Assembly: GCA_965279515.1 (NCBI GenBank)
Contig: CBDIID010000003.1
Location: 1,376,001-1,440,000 of the forward strand
Origin: Turneriella sp.
GTDB lineage: Bacteria; Spirochaetota; Leptospiria; Turneriellales; Turneriellaceae
DNA length: 64,000 bases
Direction of reading: 5' to 3'
Shown: positions 17,944 through 27,316 of the stretch, in pieces
Layout: each line of letters opens with the position of its first letter
Numbering within the stretch: the stretch's first letter is position 1
The notes under the pieces: generated by a model
Database searches by the model: none
Seen by the model: the letters and a program-made list of their open reading frames with translations, nothing else
Told to the model about the DNA's origin: nothing
Position numbers and translations under genes: made by a program

Positions 17944-18567
17944 ATGGTCACTGTTTCCGCGGAAAATCAATCAGGCATACGCCTCACGAGCACCATGCTC
18001 GCCGATGGAAATTATAAGCTGCAGTTCCTTTTTCCCCAGGACGCCAGTGGCATTCTCTATAAAGTCACCACCATTCTCTTTGCCTTCGGCTGGGATATCC
18101 TCAGCGCCTACTCGCGCCCGAATGAAGATGCCGAAGTGGAAGATATTTTTATCGTGACTTCGACCAAACACGAAGCACTGACGAAAACTTCGTGCGAACT
18201 GATACTTGTCGCCATTAAAGACCTGATTTCCGGAGAAACCACGCCCGAAGATTTTATCGCGCGTTATCCCGAAAAAATACAGCAGATAAAAAATGCCCGT
18301 GCGACACGCTCTGATTTTGTTTTCGAACCGTATCCGAAACAGCACTGCTCGCGGCTCGTCGTCGAGCGCCCTGACCGCCCCGGTGTGCTGATGCAGATTA
18401 CGCAGGTGCTCTACACCATCGGACTCGATATCATCTCGTTCTCCGCTGAAGCGGTTGTGCAAGGTGTGCGCGATGAGTTTCTCATCAACCACGCCGACGG
18501 CACAGAGATCAGCGAAAAAGACCGGGAATTTCTTTCGGATTTATTTAATCAAAAATTAACTTTCTAA
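17944..18567 (+). CDS. Tandem ACT-domain protein resembling the GlnD C-terminal ACT pair
   Basis: DASGILYKVT..L...GWDI..A..EDIF and PDRPGVLMQIT..L...GLDI...RDEF; no nucleotidyltransferase or HD domain. Confidence 0.75.
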   Translation: MVTVSAENQSGIRLTSTMLADGNYKLQFLFPQDASGILYKVTTILFAFGWDILSAYSRPNEDAEVEDIFIVTSTKHEALTKTSCELILVAIKDLISGETTPEDFIARYPEKIQQIKNARATRSDFVFEPYPKQHCSRLVVERPDRPGVLMQITQVLYTIGLDIISFSAEAVVQGVRDEFLINHADGTEISEKDREFLSDLFNQKLTF

Positions 18568-18605
18568 CCCCCCATGTCCCCCCTAATAGGGGGGATTCAG
18601 GGGGG
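18568..18605. terminator. G/C-run hairpin between convergent genes (REP-like, probable bidirectional terminator)
   Basis: TCCCCCCTA-A-TAGGGGGGA (18577-18595) nested in C6...G6; abuts one stop codon and overlaps the other. Confidence 0.55.
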
Positions 18606-19052
18606 TCCCGGTTTAAAGACCGCGAACTCGATGCCGTGTGGGTCGAGCATGACGCAGAAGCGGCCTTCGGGTATGTCCATCGGCGGAACCTGTATCTTAC
18701 CGCCCGCCTTCGCCGCATCGGTCGCCGCGGCGTCGACATCCTTCACATAAAAGAATGTCATCCAGCGCGGGCCGCGGTCTTCGATCATCTCGGTGACATG
18801 CGCGACATCGGTTTTGCCGGCGCTTAAGATCATCATGCTCTTTTCGCCGCCCGGCGCCATCTTGCTCGACAGTTTCAGTACCTGGCGGTAAAAACGCGCC
18901 GACTCTGCCTGGTTCGGGGTATTGAGTCCCATCCAGACGACGGTGCCTTCGAGAAGTTTCGGTGCGGATGGTTTCGCTTTGGCGGCCGGTTTAACCTTTT
19001 TGACGGTTTTTTTCGCGGCCTTTTTCTTTGCGGGCTTTTTTTTCGCTGCCAT
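18597..19052 (-). CDS. VOC/glyoxalase-bleomycin resistance family protein with Lys/Ala-rich N-terminal tail
   Basis: VVWMGL...ARFY, WMTFFYVKDVD...GG.I..PPMDIP.GRF...DPHG. Confidence 0.85.
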   Translation of the reverse strand: MAAKKKPAKKKAAKKTVKKVKPAAKAKPSAPKLLEGTVVWMGLNTPNQAESARFYRQVLKLSSKMAPGGEKSMMILSAGKTDVAHVTEMIEDRGPRWMTFFYVKDVDAAATDAAKAGGKIQVPPMDIPEGRFCVMLDPHGIEFAVFKPGPP

Positions 19053-19088
19053 GGCAAACATTTGCCCGACGGATTCAGGCGTCAAACA

Positions 19089-19835
19089 TTATGGCATGCG
19101 TTTTTCAACGCGGTCCGACTCGAAGCCGATCGGCGAGTATTCCAAAAGGCGAATACCGGCCGGCAACGTGGCAAACCAGCCGCGCATATTCTCGCGCGAC
19201 TGCATCAGTTCAAAGCTTGTGCGTATAGCCATGCCGGCCTTCATGAGAATGCCCCCGGTCTTTTTGAGCGCCATCTCGTATTGCCACGTTTCGCGGGTCT
19301 GCAGCCGGTGCATGGGTGGTACATGCGGATCGATAAACCGGGCATAGATTTGGTTATCTATATAAGAGAAGTCGGCACCCAAAATGTGGATTTCTCCCTT
19401 AGAGCCAGACTGGCTCTGTGCGGCAGGCTTGCCGCCGTGTAGAATTTCATTCACCGCATAGGAAAGCATGACCCCGAGCACCGTCCCGGGCGAATAGAGT
19501 TCAGGCAGGTTGCCACTTTCACCGCGCAGTTTAAAACGAGCCACCGTACGCTTTGTGGTAAACCGCAAATTCGGGGCAGGCACCTTTTCATACGCCATGA
19601 CAGCAAAAGAGGAAATCCCACGGATGCGCGCCAGGTACAGATGGCGGCGCAATTCAACCGTAAACACCGTAGCCTGAATTTTCGGATAAAGGCGCAGAAA
19701 CGCCGCGGCGACCGAATCGCTGATCAGGAAATGCGCGCCTGCGCCGGCGAGGTTCTCAATCGCAGCGCGCACATAGTCGAGCGACGGCCCCGCGCCCACG
19801 ACCGCAAACAGCGTATCGCCTGCGGGCGCAGCCAT
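19089..19835 (-). CDS. DUF115/MptE-like (Maf-related) protein
   Basis: VVGAGPSLD and ILGADFSY motifs. Confidence 0.65.
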   Translation of the reverse strand: MAAPAGDTLFAVVGAGPSLDYVRAAIENLAGAGAHFLISDSVAAAFLRLYPKIQATVFTVELRRHLYLARIRGISSFAVMAYEKVPAPNLRFTTKRTVARFKLRGESGNLPELYSPGTVLGVMLSYAVNEILHGGKPAAQSQSGSKGEIHILGADFSYIDNQIYARFIDPHVPPMHRLQTRETWQYEMALKKTGGILMKAGMAIRTSFELMQSRENMRGWFATLPAGIRLLEYSPIGFESDRVEKRMP

Positions 19836-19838
19836 GCG

Positions 19839-20690
19839 CTATACCGCAACTTCAAAATCCCGGAGCGCGTTGTTCAGCGAGGTTTTGAGGTCGGTCGATT
19901 CTTTGCGCTCGCCGATGATCAGCGCGCATGGCACCTGGAACTCGCCGCCGGGAAATTTTTTTGGGTATGTACCGGGAATCACCACCGAATTTTTCGGCAC
20001 GAAACTTTTGTAAGTCTGCGTTTCAGATTTCGAGACGTCGATGATCTTCGTGGATGCGGTGAGAATGACCCCTGAACCTAAGACGGCGCCCGTGCTGACA
20101 TGCACCCCTTCGACGACGACACAGCGCGAACCTAAGAAGGCATGGTCTTCGATGATGACGGGCAAACCCTGGGGCGGCTCGAGCACACCGCCGATGCCGA
20201 CGCCGCCCGAGAGATGCACATGCTGGCCGATCTGGGCGCAGCTGCCCACCGTCGCCCAGGTATCGACCATGGTACCGCCGCCGACATAGGCGCCGATGTT
20301 GACATACGACGGCATCATGATCGCGCCGGGTTCGAGAAAACTGCCGTAGCGCGCGACGGCAGGCGGCACCACGCGCACCTTCTGCGCGGCATAATTCTTT
20401 TTCGTGGGTATTTTATCCCAATATTCGATGTCGCCCGAGTGAGACGTCTGCATGCCCTGCATCGGAAAATACATGAGGATTGCCTTTTTCACCCAGGCAT
20501 TCACGCGCCAGGTGTCGGCGGTATTGTCGCCCGACTTTGGGGGAGTTGCCACGCGCAGCTCGCCGCGGTCGAGCATGTCGATAATGGCGTGCACGACGCG
20601 GCGCGTCTCGGCATCATCGAGCACCGCGGGGTTGGTATTCTTTGCTTCGTATTGTTTTTCGATAAAATCGGGAAACTGGGATCTATCCAT
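19839..20690 (-). CDS. dapD: Tetrahydrodipicolinate N-succinyltransferase
   Basis: WVKKAILMYF, DKIP, RVVPP, MVDTWATVGSCAQIG, GGVLEP, KTSLN..LR. Confidence 0.96.
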   Translation of the reverse strand: MDRSQFPDFIEKQYEAKNTNPAVLDDAETRRVVHAIIDMLDRGELRVATPPKSGDNTADTWRVNAWVKKAILMYFPMQGMQTSHSGDIEYWDKIPTKKNYAAQKVRVVPPAVARYGSFLEPGAIMMPSYVNIGAYVGGGTMVDTWATVGSCAQIGQHVHLSGGVGIGGVLEPPQGLPVIIEDHAFLGSRCVVVEGVHVSTGAVLGSGVILTASTKIIDVSKSETQTYKSFVPKNSVVIPGTYPKKFPGGEFQVPCALIIGERKESTDLKTSLNNALRDFEVAV

Positions 20691-20727
20691 GCGTGCAAAT
20701 AGAGATTCGAGATGCGCCGCAAACTTT

Positions 20728-21288
20728 TTAATGCCGTTGTAAACCGGCGATATAGGCAATCAGGGCAAAACGGTAACTTTCTGCCATATCGCCGGGCATT
20801 CCGAAACCGCCAGCCGCTTCGAGATCGGCGAAACCATGCATCAGGCTTCTCAGCCCGCGCACCGCGTGCACTAGATTTTTCTCTTTGACGCCGACGGCGA
20901 TCACCAGCGGAAAGATGGCTGCCAATAACTGCTCTGCCGCTTCGCGAAACTCAGGACCGCGCTTCACAAGCGTAGGCTGCAGTGCGCGGTAATACGTCGG
21001 GTGTTCGCTGGCGAACGTGCGGTAAATCGTACAGGCCGTAAGTAGTGCCTCGGTGGGATTTTTGTGTGCGGGCGCGGCACGCAGCGCGGCAGTCAGTTGC
21101 TGTGCGCCGCGCACCCCGACCTCATCGAAGAGATCGCCGAGACTCTCAATATGTTTGTAGAGCGAAGGCGTCTGAATGCCCAGATCGCGTGCAAGATTAC
21201 CGAGTGTGAGCGCGGTTGCACCCTGCGCATCGCCGAGCTTTATTGCCGCGGCGATGACGCGCTCACGTGTGAGATTCTGTCTGGGCAT
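20728..21288 (-). CDS. TetR-family regulator with WHG-type C-terminal domain
   Basis: LARDLGIQTPSLYKH HTH; RSLMHGF..LE..GGF. Confidence 0.9.
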   Translation of the reverse strand: MPRQNLTRERVIAAAIKLGDAQGATALTLGNLARDLGIQTPSLYKHIESLGDLFDEVGVRGAQQLTAALRAAPAHKNPTEALLTACTIYRTFASEHPTYYRALQPTLVKRGPEFREAAEQLLAAIFPLVIAVGVKEKNLVHAVRGLRSLMHGFADLEAAGGFGMPGDMAESYRFALIAYIAGLQRH

Positions 21289-22220
21289 CAGGGGACAATG
21301 CTGCCGTCGGTATCGTGGCCGTAAAGCACGCGCATTTTCGGATAACGTGCCGCAAAATCCCGGAGCCGGGCGAGCGTCGCTTCACCTTCGGCATGGTTCT
21401 GCATTTTTCCCGGCGCGATATTATTCTTAAAACCATAGCCGGTATGGCTGGCATCGCCGGTGATGAGCGCGGGGCCTGAGGGCGTATTCACGAGAAATGA
21501 CATATGGCCGGCCGAATGGCCCGGCGTGTGTATCGCCCATACACTGCCGTCGCCGAAAACATCGAATACCGCACCGAGGTTTTCGACGCGCGGCGCTTTC
21601 GCGAAATCGATTTCGGTGATATTTTCGATGCCGTCGAGGTGTTTCATACAGAGACCAAAAATATCGGCATATGAATCGGCGAGTGTGCCCTTGCCCGCAT
21701 AGTAGGGAATATTCTTCGGCAGATCGGGCGCGCCCGAGGTATGGTCCACGTGCATGTGCGTGAAATACACTGCCTTGAGATCGCCGCCGCGTTCTTTCAG
21801 CTGCGCCGCGATATCCTGACCCGGTTTTTGTTTTGCGAAGTTAAAGAAAACTCCCATGCAGCCGAAATTGCCATGGCCCGAACGGGTAAAGCTGGCATCA
21901 AAGCCAGTATCAATGAGAATGTCACCCTTGGTTTTGTGGCGCACCAGGTAGCTCAGTACCGGCACATGCAGTTTGCGGTTCTTCGCCCCGGGAATTTTGT
22001 CGAGATCGAGCAACAGGCCGGTTTCGACCTCGACCTCACCTGTGTTGAGCACTGCGACTTCGGCGAGGGACTGCGGCGCCGTGCGGAAAAGAGCTTTCTC
22101 GGCAAGCGTTCGCTGATCGTCACGGCCAGAATCCCGGACGCCTGGAATATAAGTGGAACACCGAGCCAGCGCCACGGCGCAGGCAAGGAAAAGCAGTTTG
22201 TTTTGTATTTTCATAATCAT
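21288..22220 (-). CDS. Metallo-beta-lactamase-fold hydrolase (AHL-lactonase-like), probable lipoprotein
   Basis: THMHVDH, TPGHSAGH, GDA, terminal GHD; N-terminal signal ending LARC. Confidence 0.8.
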   Translation of the reverse strand: MIMKIQNKLLFLACAVALARCSTYIPGVRDSGRDDQRTLAEKALFRTAPQSLAEVAVLNTGEVEVETGLLLDLDKIPGAKNRKLHVPVLSYLVRHKTKGDILIDTGFDASFTRSGHGNFGCMGVFFNFAKQKPGQDIAAQLKERGGDLKAVYFTHMHVDHTSGAPDLPKNIPYYAGKGTLADSYADIFGLCMKHLDGIENITEIDFAKAPRVENLGAVFDVFGDGSVWAIHTPGHSAGHMSFLVNTPSGPALITGDASHTGYGFKNNIAPGKMQNHAEGEATLARLRDFAARYPKMRVLYGHDTDGSIVP

Positions 22221-22226
22221 CTCCTA

Positions 22227-22267
22227 AAGCTAATGCTATTAGCCAAATTAGCTAATAGCATTAGCTT
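22227..22267. promoter_or_regulatory. Double TetR-type operator
   Basis: Perfect 17-bp inverted repeat AAGCTAATGCTATTAGC-N7-GCTAATAGCATTAGCTT; each arm is itself GCTAAT-N3-ATTAGC. Confidence 0.75.
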
Positions 22268-22365
22268 GTAAAGAGATTTTCAGATTTAGAATACCCGCAG
22301 CCGCCCCAAAACGACACCAAAGCGTAAATCGTTGGTCAGTCTGCGAAATTATCGAAATCTGCCGC

Positions 22366-23907
22366 ATGCGCTTGGGATTCCTTATCATTTTATTGGCTTT
22401 AGGGCAACTCTTTGCCGCGGATAAACCTAGCGAAAAATTCAATGTCTCCGAATTCAGGGCCACCATCGAAAAACGTATCCAGAAGCGCACCCTCGCCAAT
22501 GGCCTGCGCGTCATCGTCATGCGCCAGCCTTCGAGCCCCACCGTTGCCTGCTACCTGAAGATCGGCGTCGGCTCGGCGAATGAGCCCTTCGACCAGTCGG
22601 GCACCGCCCATTTTCTCGAGCACCTGCTATTCAAAGGGACATCCAAAATCGGCACGACCAACTATGCCGAAGAGAAAGTCTACCTCGACCAGATCGAAGC
22701 AGATGGCGAGCGCATCGATACGCTCGAGCGCACGTTACTCAACCCCCTGCTGACCGCCGATGAACGCAAAAAAATCGAAGCGCGCATGCAGGTGCTCGAG
22801 GGCCGCCTCGCGCGCTGGCAAAAAGCCGCGCACCAGTTCGTCATATCCGAAGAAGATTCGCAGGCCTATTCGCTCGCCGGCCAGGTCGGTTACAATGCCT
22901 ATACCACAACCGACGTGACAAACTACCAGATCAAACTGCCCGCGCACCGTCTCGAGATGTGGGCTGACCTCGAAAGCGGCCGTTTTCTTGACCCCGTGCT
23001 GCGCGAGTATTATCCCGAACGCAAGGTTATTAAAGAAGAAAGGCGGATGCGCTACGATTCGCGGCCCACTTCCCTGCTCTACGAACTTTTCCTGAAAACC
23101 GCCTTCGGTATGAGCCCCTATGGCAAACCTGTGATCGGCTTCGAGAAAAGCATGCACCGCCTGCGCCTCAAAGAGACGCGGGAATTTTTCGATACCAACT
23201 ATGTACCGTCGCGCATGGTGATTGCGATCGTCGGCGATATTGACTTCGACAAGACTTTTGGCATCATGGAAAAATATTTTGGCCGTATCAAGGCACGGCC
23301 CACGCCGGAGTTCCCACCCACTGTCTACGAGCCGCAAAAGGGCCGGCGCATTGCCTACCTCGAGGCAAAAAACTCTCCCGCGATGATCACAGGCTGGGCG
23401 CGCCCCTCGGTGCACCATGCCGACGACCGCGCCTTTGAAGTTCTGGCGCGCTTACTCGGCGACGGCCAGACCTCTCGCCTCGTCAACCGCCTCGTGATCC
23501 GTGACAAGCTCACGGGCGATGTGAAGGTAGGTTCGACGACGCCGGGCGATAAGCTCGATACGCAGTTCACGATTTTTGCGGATGTCTTCGATGCGGCAAA
23601 TTACGGCGCGATTGAAAAGGGTATCGCCGAAGAGCTCGAACGGCTGAAAACCGAAGGGCCGTCCGCCGAGGAGCTGCAAAAGATCAAAAACCGCTATGTG
23701 GCAGAACTGGTGCACACGCTGCAGCAGAATGCGGGCCTCGCAGACACCTTGTCATACTACGAGCTCATCATGCAGGACTACCAGAAGATGTTTTCGGCAA
23801 TTGAAGAACTTGAACAGGTCGATGCGGCGAAAATCAAGGCTTTAGTGGCCAAATACTTCACGGAAACGCAGAATACCACGGTTTACCTGAAACCGGTAGC
23901 GAAATAA
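22366..23907 (+). CDS. M16 (pitrilysin-family) zinc peptidase, secreted
   Basis: HFLEHLLFKGT (HxxEH), NAYT, EERRMR; signal peptide. Confidence 0.92.
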   Translation: MRLGFLIILLALGQLFAADKPSEKFNVSEFRATIEKRIQKRTLANGLRVIVMRQPSSPTVACYLKIGVGSANEPFDQSGTAHFLEHLLFKGTSKIGTTNYAEEKVYLDQIEADGERIDTLERTLLNPLLTADERKKIEARMQVLEGRLARWQKAAHQFVISEEDSQAYSLAGQVGYNAYTTTDVTNYQIKLPAHRLEMWADLESGRFLDPVLREYYPERKVIKEERRMRYDSRPTSLLYELFLKTAFGMSPYGKPVIGFEKSMHRLRLKETREFFDTNYVPSRMVIAIVGDIDFDKTFGIMEKYFGRIKARPTPEFPPTVYEPQKGRRIAYLEAKNSPAMITGWARPSVHHADDRAFEVLARLLGDGQTSRLVNRLVIRDKLTGDVKVGSTTPGDKLDTQFTIFADVFDAANYGAIEKGIAEELERLKTEGPSAEELQKIKNRYVAELVHTLQQNAGLADTLSYYELIMQDYQKMFSAIEELEQVDAAKIKALVAKYFTETQNTTVYLKPVAK

Positions 23908-23966
23908 TTTCCTGATCGATTTCGAAATCGAGTAGAAATTCTGTTTTTCCCGGTTATATTCGGGGT

Positions 23967-25106
23967 ATGAAAACCCTATTAAAACTCAGCCTGGCCCTGA
24001 CGCTGGGCCTTGGCTGCAGCGGGCGCCAGGTACGGCCGAATATTGCCCTCGAACCAGCCCAGACCCCGGGATTTGACGCCCCTGCACTTAGCACGATTCT
24101 CAATTCCGCGCAGGGCGGTGATGCCAATATCCACAGCATTCTGATCGAGCGCCGCGGCAAGATGATCGCCGAAATCTACCGCACGGGGTCAGATAAGACC
24201 ATGATGAAACGTTATGGCATGGGAAATCCCTTTGCCTCAGACATCGTCTTCGACGCCGATACGCTGCACGATGTACGCTCGGTGAGCAAGAGTGTCACAG
24301 CGCTTCTGTTCGGTCTCGCAAAGTACGAAAAGATTCTGCCGTCGCCCGAAACCGGCGTTCTCAGTGTGTATCCCGAACTTGCCGATCTCGCGACCGAAGC
24401 GCGCAGCCGCATCACCTTCGGCCACCTGCTGACGATGACGAGCGGCCTCGACTGGAAAGAATGGGGTCGCGGCTTTCTGACCAGCGACGAAACCCGCCTG
24501 CTGTGGAAAGACGATCCCGTACGTTTTATGTTCGACCGCGACCAGGCCGCAGAACCCGGAGCAAAATTTAATTATGGCGGCGGCCATACGGCGGTTCTCG
24601 CCGACACTCTCGTCAAAAAAACCGGCCGTCCGCTCGCCGAAATTGCGCAGAGCGAACTTTTCGAACCCTTGGGGATTACCCACTGGGAATGGGCGACGGA
24701 TTCCCAAGGACGCCCACTCGCGCATGCCGGCTTAAGGCTCACACCGCGTGATATGGTGAAACTGGGTCGCCTGGTGTTGGCGAAGGGTAAGTGGAATGGC
24801 AAGCAACTGATCTCGAAAACCTGGCTCGAAGCTATGGTACGGCCGCACACCATGACCGGCGTATTTATTTTTTCAGGTGCGGCCGAAGACGCGGGTTATG
24901 GCTACCAATGGTGGACAGGCCGCAGCGTCACAGCAAAGCGCAGCGTAACATGGAGTGCGGCCATCGGCAACGGCGGCCAGCGCATTTATGTTGTGCCTGA
25001 ACTCGATATGGTGGTGGTGTTCACCGCGGGAGAGTACGGCTCGATTGAAATTCACAAAACCATCGCGGCAATTCTCGACAGCATTGTTGCGGCCGCGCGA
25101 AACTAG
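23967..25106 (+). CDS. Serine hydrolase, beta-lactamase class C/NylB-like lipoprotein
   Basis: SVSK (SxxK), HLLTMTSG, FNY, YGYQWW, GNGGQ; lipobox LGLGC. Confidence 0.85.
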   Translation: MKTLLKLSLALTLGLGCSGRQVRPNIALEPAQTPGFDAPALSTILNSAQGGDANIHSILIERRGKMIAEIYRTGSDKTMMKRYGMGNPFASDIVFDADTLHDVRSVSKSVTALLFGLAKYEKILPSPETGVLSVYPELADLATEARSRITFGHLLTMTSGLDWKEWGRGFLTSDETRLLWKDDPVRFMFDRDQAAEPGAKFNYGGGHTAVLADTLVKKTGRPLAEIAQSELFEPLGITHWEWATDSQGRPLAHAGLRLTPRDMVKLGRLVLAKGKWNGKQLISKTWLEAMVRPHTMTGVFIFSGAAEDAGYGYQWWTGRSVTAKRSVTWSAAIGNGGQRIYVVPELDMVVVFTAGEYGSIEIHKTIAAILDSIVAAARN

Positions 25107-26014
25107 CGCTTACCGTGGGGATGCGCTTTGCGGTAAACATCGAACAGCCGCTCTTTCGCCACCTGCGTATAGTTCTGCGTCGTCGAAACACTGGCATGGC
25201 CCAGCATCTCCTGCACATGCCTGATATCGGCACCTTCATTCAACAGGTCGGTGGCAAAGGAATGCCTGAGGCTATGCGGCGTGATGCGGTGGTCAAGTTC
25301 CAGCGCCGCCACACGTTTTTTAATGAGGTAATAGGCGCCGCGCCGTGTGAGCGCTGTGCCTTTGAAATTGATGAACAGGCTATCGCAGGATCGCTTTAAG
25401 CGGTAAAGTATATCGGCGCGGTGCGGTAAATATTCGAGCAATGCCTGGCGCGCGGCAGACCCCAGGTAAACCACCCTGTCCTTGCTGCCCTTACCGGTGA
25501 CCTTGATTTCATCGGGAATATGTTCCGTGGAAAATAAATTTAACCGCAGCGACAGCGCTTCGGAAATCCGCATGCCCGACGAATAGATCGTCTCCCACAA
25601 TGCCTTGTCGCGGATATGCGCAAACTTTTCGCTATCGCCCACGGCGTCATCGAGCAGGCTTTCGAGTTCGAGCGGCCGCAGCGGCCGCGGTAACAGGCGC
25701 TTGTAACGCGCAGCCTTGAGCGCACGCGCGGGGTTTTTTTCGCTAAAACCGCGGCGCTGCAGAAACAAATAAAAGGATTTTATCGCCGAAAGTTTGCGCG
25801 CCTGGGTACGGCGCTCGAGTGCCTGTTCGTGGTGTTTCAGCGTGCCCAGAAAGGCGTAGATGTCTTCTCCGGTAATGTCTTTCTCTGCGATGGCCTCGCG
25901 CTCGAGGAAATCAAGCCATTGCGCAAGGTCGCGCGCATAGGCCTCGCGCGTGTTCAGAGCCGCATTGCGTTCAGTTTCGAGAAAAATGAGGAATTCCGCC
26001 AACTGCGGGCGCAT
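25103..26014 (-). CDS. Tyrosine recombinase, XerC/XerD family
   Basis: SGMRISE, GKGSKDR, HSLRHSFAT, LGH..STTQNYT, C-terminal KAHP. Confidence 0.92.
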   Translation of the reverse strand: MRPQLAEFLIFLETERNAALNTREAYARDLAQWLDFLEREAIAEKDITGEDIYAFLGTLKHHEQALERRTQARKLSAIKSFYLFLQRRGFSEKNPARALKAARYKRLLPRPLRPLELESLLDDAVGDSEKFAHIRDKALWETIYSSGMRISEALSLRLNLFSTEHIPDEIKVTGKGSKDRVVYLGSAARQALLEYLPHRADILYRLKRSCDSLFINFKGTALTRRGAYYLIKKRVAALELDHRITPHSLRHSFATDLLNEGADIRHVQEMLGHASVSTTQNYTQVAKERLFDVYRKAHPHGKR

Positions 26015-26020
26015 GTTTTC

Positions 26021-27316
26021 TTATCGGCGTTTGGATGCCATAAAGTAAAAGGTAAGCCCTGACAGCACAAAAATCAATCCCACTGCGGGCCCAAAAAGCA
26101 GCGCAATACGGAATTTGACCGCCGCATCAGGAACCACGCCTGACTGGTAGCCAATGGCGGTGAGCAATAGCCCCGAAAGCACCACAGCCACACCGCGCGA
26201 GGCCTTGATGCCGAATTTCCAGACACCGAAGTAGAGGCCTTCGCGGTTTTCTCCCGTCGCATTGCGGTCCAGATCGGCCGCGTCGGCGACATAGGAATCG
26301 AAGAGCAGAATGCAGCCGGTAAAAAAGCCGCCGAGCACCGCCGCCACGATAGGGCCCGCCAGTTTACCCGCAGGAAACAGCGGATAGGCCACAGCACTCA
26401 TCACACCCAGGCCCACGATACCCAGCGTTGCCGGCAAATCTTTGCCAAAGCGGTCGGCCAGCTTCACCCACAGAATCGCCGACGCCGACCAGACAAGAAT
26501 GAAGACGATCAGCACAAGCGCGAGATCGTCTTCGCCGAGCCCCAGGAAATGGTCGTAATAATAACGCGCGAGCGTCGAATTGATCGCGACGCCGATGTAG
26601 GCGAGAAACCCCGAGACAAAGAGCCAGAGAAAAAAAGCATTCCCCCGCGCAGCGCGCATGTCATTCCAGAAACCGCGCGCAGCGGTTACGGCGACCGGCG
26701 GCGATTTTTTAAGCGAAACAACGCAGATCATGACAGCGACGAAAGCCGTGAGCCCGATAACCAGGGCGATCGACGCAAAGGTTGCGGTATCGGGCGTGCC
26801 GGCGCTGCGCCCGGCCTTGAGCATCACTGCCGGAACAATAAGGCCCAGAATCAGCCCGATGTTCGCGAAGATGAGGCGCGCGGCGAAGATGCGTATGCGC
26901 ACGGCGGCGTCCCGCGACAGCTCGGCCGAAATCGCGGCATGCGGCACCGTGACGAACGTGATGCCCGTGTTCAAAATCAGATTCGCCAGCGTCAGCTGGG
27001 CAAAAATGCCGACGGCACCCAGGCTGCGGTAGGGCGAAAAAATCCAGAAAAGCGAAGGCACGATGAGGATAGCCCCCGCGACCAAAAACGGCTTACGGTT
27101 TCCCCAGCGGCTCTTGAACGTATCAGAAAGCGACCCGATAAACGGGTCAATGAAGGCATCCCAGATCAGGGCAATACCCGCCGCAAGCGAAGCCAGCGAG
27201 CTCTCTACACCGAGCTTGTCGGTGTAAAAGATGAGAAGCTGCAGGCGAACGAAGAACTCGACCGCAAAGATGCCCGATTCGGCGGAAGCATAGAGAGCGA
27301 GGCGAAGCGGCGCCAT
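26021..27316 (-). CDS. MFS transporter, GPH/MelB-like
   Basis: WDAFIDPFIGSLSD...RWGNRKPF; REGLYFG; about 12 TM. Confidence 0.88.
   Translation of the reverse strand: MAPLRLALYASAESGIFAVEFFVRLQLLIFYTDKLGVESSLASLAAGIALIWDAFIDPFIGSLSDTFKSRWGNRKPFLVAGAILIVPSLFWIFSPYRSLGAVGIFAQLTLANLILNTGITFVTVPHAAISAELSRDAAVRIRIFAARLIFANIGLILGLIVPAVMLKAGRSAGTPDTATFASIALVIGLTAFVAVMICVVSLKKSPPVAVTAARGFWNDMRAARGNAFFLWLFVSGFLAYIGVAINSTLARYYYDHFLGLGEDDLALVLIVFILVWSASAILWVKLADRFGKDLPATLGIVGLGVMSAVAYPLFPAGKLAGPIVAAVLGGFFTGCILLFDSYVADAADLDRNATGENREGLYFGVWKFGIKASRGVAVVLSGLLLTAIGYQSGVVPDAAVKFRIALLFGPAVGLIFVLSGLTFYFMASKRR

Noticed and set aside
25103..26014. Tyrosine recombinase as a prophage or island integrase
   Set aside because: Size and motifs fit housekeeping XerC/D; no tRNA, att repeats or phage genes nearby
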